A stretch of 5,770 bases of DNA from Selaginella moellendorffii (Eukaryota > Plantae > Lycopodiophyta): the NCBI RefSeq assembly GCF_000143415.4, contig NW_003314715.1, positions 1 to 5,770 on the forward strand, written 5' to 3'. The position numbers and the translations under genes were made by a program. This document shows positions 1 to 5,770 of this stretch, piece by piece. The notes under the pieces are model-generated. The model had not been told where the DNA came from. It worked only from the letters and a program-made list of their open reading frames with translations, and made no database searches. Position 1 is the first letter of the stretch. Every line of letters starts with the position of its first letter.

Positions 1-367
1 AAAAAACCCGATCAAGGTGGGGGGAGACGGCAGGCAGCGGTATTACGAGATCCCATCACAACTCGCTGACAAAATCAATTTTGAAGTCATAAAAATACAG
101 CCATGCCGTCGAGCATGGCACAGTGGCACAATCTGAGAAATTATAATTAGTACTCCCCAGCAAATGTAGTGGCCTTGGATGAAATGCATTCGTTTTTCTG
201 AAGTCAAAAGTTCTAGTTCAACAGTCGTACCAGCATTCAGCAAGCAAGCAGTAGCAAATACCACATTCAGTTGGTGGTTAGCAGATTCCACAGCAGTTGT
301 AGAAGCCGTTTAAAGAATTTGGAGAGGGTAGGAGCTTGAAGAATATTTTACAAGTTAGATTTCGATG

Positions 368-1730
368 TTACGCATTTTGCCTCGTGCATGAATGCCTACG
401 TGTTAAGGATTGTCTTTGGCGAGCCAGTGATTTAACAGATGTCACCATGCTCGTCCCAGGCATGGCGTTCATCTTTGCAAGCCTCTTCTCGAGTTGCCGC
501 TGCTCCACGGAACCCATCTCAATGGCTCGCAGGTCATCAAGTCTCTCGTCATTGCTTTCGTCGGCGTCGTGGCGTTCAGGCTCCAGCTCAGCCAAGAGTT
601 TGAGCATCCTCCTCACGTAAAACACTTGCTTGCACCTGTAAAACGTCATCCAGGCGATGACAGGAACAAGCACGGCGGTGGAACACCACACAAGCAAGAG
701 GCTGTCCGATCTGTAACTTGATTCCCCCTTGACCACTACCAAAACTTGGAGGCCACGGTTCGTGATTGGAACCTGGTCTGCAAGCAATCCCCAGGTCCTC
801 AGTTTCTCCTGCCTCTGGATCTCGGCTGGAGTCACGGTGATGATCGCCGAGTACGAGCCGAGAGCGAGCACGGAGTTACTGACACACAGAAGTGCCGTTT
901 TCCAGCCCTGTGATCTCACCAAGTTTCGGAAGAACGTGAGCTGGAAGTTGATGAAAGGCTGCGTGTCTCAAGTCAAGAATTCTTACATCCAAGCACAGAG
1001 CTCGGCGCTAGATCTCGAGCATCCCGGCACCGATGTCTGGGTGGCCGCGGTCGCGCTCCCCGGCGCATTCATCGCGGTCGTAGCTGCGGTGAAAGAGCCC
1101 AGGATTTCTACCAGTGTCGTCGTGGTTCGCAAGTCGAAGGACAACGAGGAATCCAAAGATGATCCGGTGGTGTTGTCATCGATCCCCAGCAAACACAAGC
1201 GCCTGTTTGGTCGAGTGATGTTTGTCACCCTCTCGTTGAGCCTGAATCCCGCGGCTTCCGGGGCTGTTTTCACGTCGAAGCTCTGCAGATCAGGATCTCT
1301 CAATAATTCCTGGTTGCTCCTGTCATGCGCTGGAGGAAGTCCAAGCCTTTGCAGAGATCGAGCTTGGCGTCGAGGCTTCTCAGATTCATTCCACTCAAAC
1401 TCTCCTTGCTCATGCTCCAATTCTCGAGGGTTAGCACTTTGGACGCGACCGAGTTCGCCAGGATCCCGCCGTCCTGCTCTTCCCACAAGCTGAAAAACCC
1501 AAGCTTGCTTGGGGAAGAACCAGGGATCGCTTGGAGCACCACGGGTGTGAACTTGACGCAGCTTGGAGCCTCATCCAGGCAGAGGAATCCCAAAGCCCAC
1601 ATCGTGATCTCCATGCTTCCCAGCTTATTGATCTTGGAGACCGAGTGGAATTCCATGAGGGAAGCGTTCCTGGTGGACAGGAGTCCCCCTTTCTCGCGGA
1701 TCTCTGCTGTGAGACTGCTCTGGCCAGTGA
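368..1730 (-). pseudogene. 5'-truncated, disrupted duplicate of the same membrane protein gene
   Basis: ORFs 1300..1764, 983..1486 and 368..922 are consecutive pieces of the copy-B protein. The lesions are a truncation at 1730, a 1-bp deletion near 1340 (GAAGTCCAAG vs GAAGTTCCAAG), and the 964-1089 inversion, which brings in stops. The 3' part from 963 to 368 is intact. Confidence 0.88.
964..1089. other. 126-bp inversion relative to 4946-5071
   Basis: 964-1089 (TGTCTCAAG...GTAGCTGCGG) is the reverse complement of 4946-5071 (CCGCAGCTAC...CTTGAGACA) with one mismatch. The flanks are collinear and no bases are gained or lost. Confidence 0.97.
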
Positions 1731-1835
1731 CAAACTGATTCTTTTCTTCGGGGAAGTGGATCAATCACTGGAGCTCTTTTACGCCATGATCTCGGCTCGC
1801 CACCTTTGTGAGCATTCTCTTGTGCCGCAAATTTC

Positions 1836-2705
1836 TTATTCCAGTTGGCACCTTCTCAAGAACCCTTGCATGATGTTAACTAGATCCACGAGCAGCACAT
1901 CACCCTCCTCGCATGGGTCCTGGAAACTGAAGCCCTGCCTACTGCACAAAACATACACCTTCTTCCTTCCTTCTACGTACTTGGCAGGTGAATTTGCAGC
2001 TCTAGCCCACTTGGCCACTTCGTCCCCACTCACGCGGCCTTCCTGTCCCTTGAGCTGGAACCAGAACTCGTACACCTTCCCGTCCACACCAATCAAGAAC
2101 ACTCTCCCATCCGTGAATGCTGTCCCCTTTTTGCACTTGAACACGAAACCAGCGCCTGTGGGTTGTGCCTCAGTTGGGTGCACATAGGGTCTACTGTCCG
2201 CCCCAGCCATTTGTTTATCACCTGGGCTATAAAACCTTTCCATCTGCGGATTATAAAACTGATACTTCTCTTCAACCACTCCGTCACCCAGAGCCGCAAC
2301 CACAACTCTGGTGTCAACCAGCCTCTGCTTCCCAACAGCCCCCGGAAAGATCTCACCAAGAGAAAGCGTTCGGCCTTCCAACACCCAGAGCCTGGCATGC
2401 AGCATGTCGAAAAAGCCATCCTTCAGCACGTCGCCTACTGCTGGCTGGGGCCTGAGAGCTACTACCCTCTCTGGGATCCCCAACCTCAGTCCAAGCGCAT
2501 GAACAAGTAACATCGGGCTCTTATAGACAACTCCACCACCTTCCACCTCTTCAGAATACACATAACCTCTGAAACATGCTTCTTCCTCCCTCGTCATCTG
2601 CCCAACAGGTGGCCTTGGCATCACCACCCCAGTGAGGCAAAGCTGAATCATTCGTTTCACATTGTCGAGGTTCCCTTGCATGACTCGATCAACATATGGC
2701 TTCAG
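1836..2705 (-). CDS. Helical linker + restriction-endonuclease-fold (PD-(D/E)xK, D...QxK variant) nuclease domain
   Basis: Acidic helix GFFDMLHARL, then LGEIFPGAVG, then GTAFTDGRVF (Asp codon 2111-2109), a beta hairpin, FWFQLK (2057-2049 encodes QLK), a helix and the strand KVYVLCS. This order matches the REase fold found C-terminal to NTPases in CR proteins. Confidence 0.72.
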   Translation of the reverse strand: MKPYVDRVMQGNLDNVKRMIQLCLTGVVMPRPPVGQMTREEEACFRGYVYSEEVEGGGVVYKSPMLLVHALGLRLGIPERVVALRPQPAVGDVLKDGFFDMLHARLWVLEGRTLSLGEIFPGAVGKQRLVDTRVVVAALGDGVVEEKYQFYNPQMERFYSPGDKQMAGADSRPYVHPTEAQPTGAGFVFKCKKGTAFTDGRVFLIGVDGKVYEFWFQLKGQEGRVSGDEVAKWARAANSPAKYVEGRKKVYVLCSRQGFSFQDPCEEGDVLLVDLVNIMQGFLRRCQLE

Positions 2706-2771
2706 CTGCAAAGTAACGAAAGTTCATAAGTGCACAATGAAATCCCTTGCTGGAAGTTCCAGACCCTGCAC
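2706..2771 (-). other. Possible 66-nt phase-0 intron that would remove the TGA between the NTPase and nuclease
   Basis: The minus strand reads CAG|GTGCAG ... ACTTTCGTTACTTTGCAG|CTG. The acceptor is good and the donor is weak. The alternative is a simple CGA>TGA nonsense mutation. Confidence 0.35.
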
Positions 2772-3700
2772 CTGTAACCATGCAGTGTAAATGTACTGAA
2801 TCAGCCTCGGGACACAGCCGCAGTCTTCTAGGAGTATTTCCAGCTGCGTCCGAAATTCGTGAAAGCAATTATCCTTGATAGACATACTTAGTACCTCCAC
2901 CGCTGATTTCAAATCCAAGGGGGGTAATGTGACGTTCACCTTGAGCCAGTCTGTTAACCCGTACTTCCCGCCTACACGAAGAACTGTTCCTGCTAGAAGA
3001 GTTATAAAGGCAATGTTGCAGTCCTTGGCGATGGAGTTTCCCACTAAGGAAGTCATGACTGTCACTAACCAGGAAAGCATGCCGTTCAGGAAGGCTTCAC
3101 CATCACAGCCAGCTCCACCCACTTCCCTTCCCAGTTGCTGCAACTCATCCACCAAAAGGTACAAGGCAACCATCTGATTCTCCGCTACCGCCAGAACTTT
3201 CCTCACATGAGCTGAAACCTTCTGCACAGACACGCAGTCATCTCCCGCAAGGATCTCATTCTGTAGCGCAGACGGTAAGTCACTCCAAGGCTTGCCAAAC
3301 AGTATCTGCGAAACTACAGACACCCGCAGAAAAACCCGGCCAGAACGGTAATCACCTCTCTCCTTACAGATTGCCACAAAAGCCGGATGCAGAAGATGAG
3401 GTGATGAATGGCCAACAGCCGAGCTACTGAAGGTGATGTACACCGCTGCCGTAGCTCCAACACGATGAAGCTCCTGCAATGCTGATGCCCTGCCTTTAAG
3501 CGCCTCTCCAACACGCTCCTTGGTCTCTAAAAGGAATCGAGTCTTCCCCACTCCGGCAAGGCCCTCCAGAGTGATCAAGAGCGCCTGCTCTCCGCTAATC
3601 CCGCTAGATGCGAAAGTTGTGAAGTTCTCGTCAATCATCTCTGCGAGCTTCTGCACGAGGCCGTCTCGACCTCTGAACAGAAGCGTGAAGTTGCAAACCA
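2724..3700 (-). CDS. P-loop NTPase domain (STAND/AAA+-related, CR-NTPase-like)
   Basis: FRGRD motif before the P-loop; Walker A GLAGVGKT (3563-3540); YITF strand; Walker B LYLLVDE (3164-3144); sensor-like LLAGT; LPPL; GxP-type DCGCVPRLI. The first about 30 aa of the listed ORF (3800-3700) are probably intron or out-of-frame sequence. Confidence 0.9.
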
Positions 3701-3749
3701 CATCCGAGAAGCACCAAATTCGGTAGCCCCTCCTGAGGCACTTGGGGCA

Positions 3750-3807
3750 CTGTATCATAAGATAGTCAGCAAAGAAGGTAAACAGACTAGCATAAACCAA
3801 CCCTTAC
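3750..3807 (-). other. Predicted 58-nt spliceosomal intron
   Basis: The minus strand reads TAG|GTAAGG (donor), a T-rich body, a branch-like GCTGAC and ATACAG| (acceptor). Confidence 0.7.
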
Positions 3808-4154
3808 CTACAGTTAGGCGAGCTTCATGCAAATGGAAAGTGAATTCACGAGGAAGCGGATCATTGTGCCCTTGCAAGTGTATAATCTCCATCCAGCCAC
3901 AGAGGCCAAAAATGGCATGCACCAAAGGGAGATTTTTTTGGAGCTATGTTGCAAACGCTCCAACATCAACTAAATCCCCTAGCACGGGCCTAAACGCTCT
4001 TCCCCTTTTGATTAACGTTGCCTCCTCCAATCCCACTTCATATGGCAGATGGATATGCATATAGCGCGGCGGCAAGCGGAAAGGGAAAACCATCACAATT
4101 ACATTACCCTAATGAGAAATCAATGTTTTAGGGAAGATAATCAGATCTGAAGAG

Positions 4155-5713
4155 AATTTTGAAGTCATAAAAATACAGCCATGGCACAGTGGCACAATCT
4201 GAGAAATTATAATTAGTACTGCCCAGCAAATGTAGTGGCCTTGGATGAAAATGCATTCGTTTTTCTGAAGTCAAAAGTTCTAGTTCAACAGTCGTACCAA
4301 CATTCAGCAAGCAAGCAGTTGAAGAATATTTTACAAGTTAGATTTCCATGTTACGCATTTTGCCTCGTACATGAATGCCTACGTGTCAAGGATTGTCTTT
4401 GGCGAGCCAGTGATTTAACAGATATCACCATGCTCGTCCCATGCATGGCGTTCATCTTTGCAAGCCTCTTCTCGAGTTGCTGCTGCTCCACGGAACCCAT
4501 CTCAATGGCTCGCAGGTCATCAAGTCTCTCGTCATTGCTTTCGTCGGCGTCGTAGCGTTCAGGTTCCAGCTCAGCCAAGAGTTTGAGCATCCTCCTCACG
4601 TAAAACACTTGCTTGCACCTGTAAAACGTCATCCAGGCGATGACAGGAACAAGCACGGCGGTGGAACACCACAAAGCAAGAGGCTGTCCGATCTGTAACT
4701 TGATTCCCCCTTGACCACTACCAAAACTTGGAGGCCACGGTTCGTGATTGGAACCTGGTCTGCAAGCAATCCCCAGGTCCTCAGTCTCTCCTGCCTCTGG
4801 ATCTCGGATGGGGTCACGGTGATGATCGCCGAGTACGAGCCGAGAGCGAGCACGGAGTTACTGACACACAGAACGGCCGTTTTCCAGCCCTGTGATCTCA
4901 CCAAGTTTCGGAAGAACGTGAGCTGGAAGTTGATGAAAGGCTGCGCCGCAGCTACGACCGCGATGAATGCGCCGGGGAGCGCGACCGCGGCCACCCAGAA
5001 ATCGGTGCCGGGATGCTCGAGATCTAGCGCCGAGCTCTGTGCTTGGATGTAAGAATTCTTGACTTGAGACATAAAAGAGCCCAGGATTTCTACCAGTGTC
5101 GTCGTGGTTCGCAAGTCGAAGGACAACGAGGAATCCAAAGATGATCCGGTGGTGTTGTCATCGATCCCCAGCAAACACAAGCGCCTGTTTGGTCGAGTGA
5201 TGTTTGTCACCCTCTCGTTGAGCCTGAATCCCGCGGCTTCCGGGGCTGTTTTCACGTCGAAGCTCTGCAGATCAAGACCTCCCAATAATTCCTGGTTGCT
5301 CCTGTCATGCGCTGGATGAAGTTCCAAGCCTTTGCAGAGATCGAGCTTGGCGTCGAGGCTTCTCAGATTCATTCCACTCAAACTCTCCTTGCTCATGCTC
5401 CAATTCTCGATGGTCAGCACTTTGGACGCGACCGAGTTCGCCAGGATCCCGCCGTCCTGCTCTTCCCACAAGCTGAAAAACCCCAACTTGCTTGGGGAAG
5501 AACCAGGGATCGCTTGGAGCACCACGGGTGTGAACTTGACGCAGCTTGGAGCCTCATCCAGGCAGAGGAATCCCAAAGCCCACATCGTGATCTCCATGCT
5601 TCCCAGCTTATTGATCTTGGAGACCGAGTGGAATTCCATGAGGGAAGCGTTCCTGGTGGACAGGAGTCCCCCTTTCTCGCGGATCTCCGCTGTGAGATTG
5701 CTCTGGCCAGTGA
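4155..5713. repeat. Direct repeat copy B (about 1.56 kb), paired with 77-1730
   Basis: Same alignment as copy A. Beyond 5713 the minus-strand frame stays open to the window edge, so copy B is attached to the rest of its gene. Copy A is cut off at 1730. Confidence 0.97.
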
Positions 5714-5770
5714 AGTTGGAGACCATGTACCCCAGGAAGGCCTGGTCGCTGCTGGATTGCAAGTACTGGA
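4351..5770 (-). pseudogene. Uncharacterised membrane glycoprotein (large N-glycosylated ectodomain, about 3 TM helices, charged C-terminal tail); 5' end outside the window; one frameshift at 4673/4674
   Basis: ORFs 4629..5762 and 4351..4674 join if one C is restored (copy A CACCACACAAGC vs copy B CACCACAAAGC). Six N-x-S/T sequons (NFT, NLT, NAS, NWS, NIT, NTT) precede three hydrophobic segments: FWVAAVALPGAFIAVVAAA, AVLCVSNSVLALGSYSAIITV and LLLVWCSTAVLVPVIAWMTFY. The frameshift could be a sequencing error, or it could give a truncated 2-TM protein. I do not recognise the family. Confidence 0.7.

Larger units (their letters stand above)
77..1730. repeat. Direct repeat copy A (about 1.65 kb), paired with 4155-5713
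   Basis: The manual alignment starts at AATTTTGAAGTCATAAAAATACAGCCATG (77 / 4155) and ends at CTCTGGCCAGTGA (1730 / 5713). I count about 27 substitutions by eye (about 98% identity). There are three 1-bp indels, 12-bp and 84-bp segments present only in A, and one 126-bp inversion. Confidence 0.97.
1836..4093 (-). pseudogene. Crinkler/RHS-like (CR) effector-type gene: N-terminal header exon + P-loop NTPase + PD-(D/E)xK REase-fold nuclease; probably inactivated
   Basis: ATG at 4093 opens MVFPFRLPPRYMHIHLPYEVGLEEATLIK...HLHEARLTV up to a GTAAGG donor at 3807. This exon has an in-frame TAG at 3946-3944. After splicing, the frame (VPQVPQEGLPNLV) is one base off the NTPase frame. The NTPase and nuclease ORFs share a frame and are separated by a single TGA at 2726-2724. 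The family call comes from motif recognition, not a database search. Confidence 0.72.

Noticed and set aside
959-986. GTAAGA...ACGCAG apparent intron on the minus strand of copy A
   Set aside because: It is only 28 nt, it is created by the inversion junction, and removing it does not restore the frame.
336-1738. Plus-strand ORFs (336..620, 494..721, 729..1493, 1325..1738) and their copy-B equivalents
   Set aside because: These are antisense shadows of the minus-strand gene. 729..1493 is long partly because the inversion places a sense fragment in it.
1300-1764. Chimeric ORF starting inside the cassette and reading into copy A
   Set aside because: It has a TTG start, only about 11 junction-derived codons, and ends after the frameshift near 1340.
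1531-3726. Plus-strand and alternate-frame ORFs overlapping the CR gene
   Set aside because: They have no recognisable motifs and overlap a motif-supported ORF. 1531..2187 also crosses the rearrangement junction.
1836-3800. Prokaryotic two-gene ATPase + nuclease defence operon
   Set aside because: Both ORFs share one frame, their listed starts are TTG with no evident RBS, and spliceosomal intron signals point to a single eukaryotic gene.
4107-4133. CCCTAA...TTTAGGG telomere/telo-box-like inverted pair upstream of the CR ATG
   Set aside because: These are single 6-7 nt units and are too short to distinguish from chance.
1731-4154. TIRs or Helitron ends on the cassette
   Set aside because: Only weak CTGATT..TCTTC similarity exists between the ends. 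There is no CTRR 3' terminus at the boundary and no short TSD.
77-5713. Interpreting the direct repeats as LTRs of a retrotransposon
   Set aside because: There are no TG...CA termini, PBS/PPT or gag-pol, and the repeat is part of a coding gene that continues beyond 5713.

Overview
This window looks eukaryotic: it has short GT-AG introns and no prokaryotic operon signals that I can see. A compact-intron genome such as a lycophyte is a guess, not established. Its layout is [direct repeat copy A, 77-1730] - [2.42 kb unique segment, 1731-4154] - [direct repeat copy B, 4155-5713]. The repeats are about 98% identical by manual count. Each is the 3' part plus 3' flank of a minus-strand gene for an unknown glycosylated protein with about 3 transmembrane helices. 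The unique segment carries a minus-strand gene with a small N-terminal exon, a P-loop NTPase and a PD-(D/E)xK-type nuclease. This is the architecture of Crinkler/RHS-like (CR) effectors, and the gene appears damaged. A clean 126-bp (42-codon) segment is inverted between the two repeat copies, with one breakpoint at the apex of a palindrome. The two membrane-gene copies carry complementary lesions, so one crossover in a 272-bp window would excise the NTPase-nuclease cassette and rebuild an uninterrupted membrane-protein ORF.
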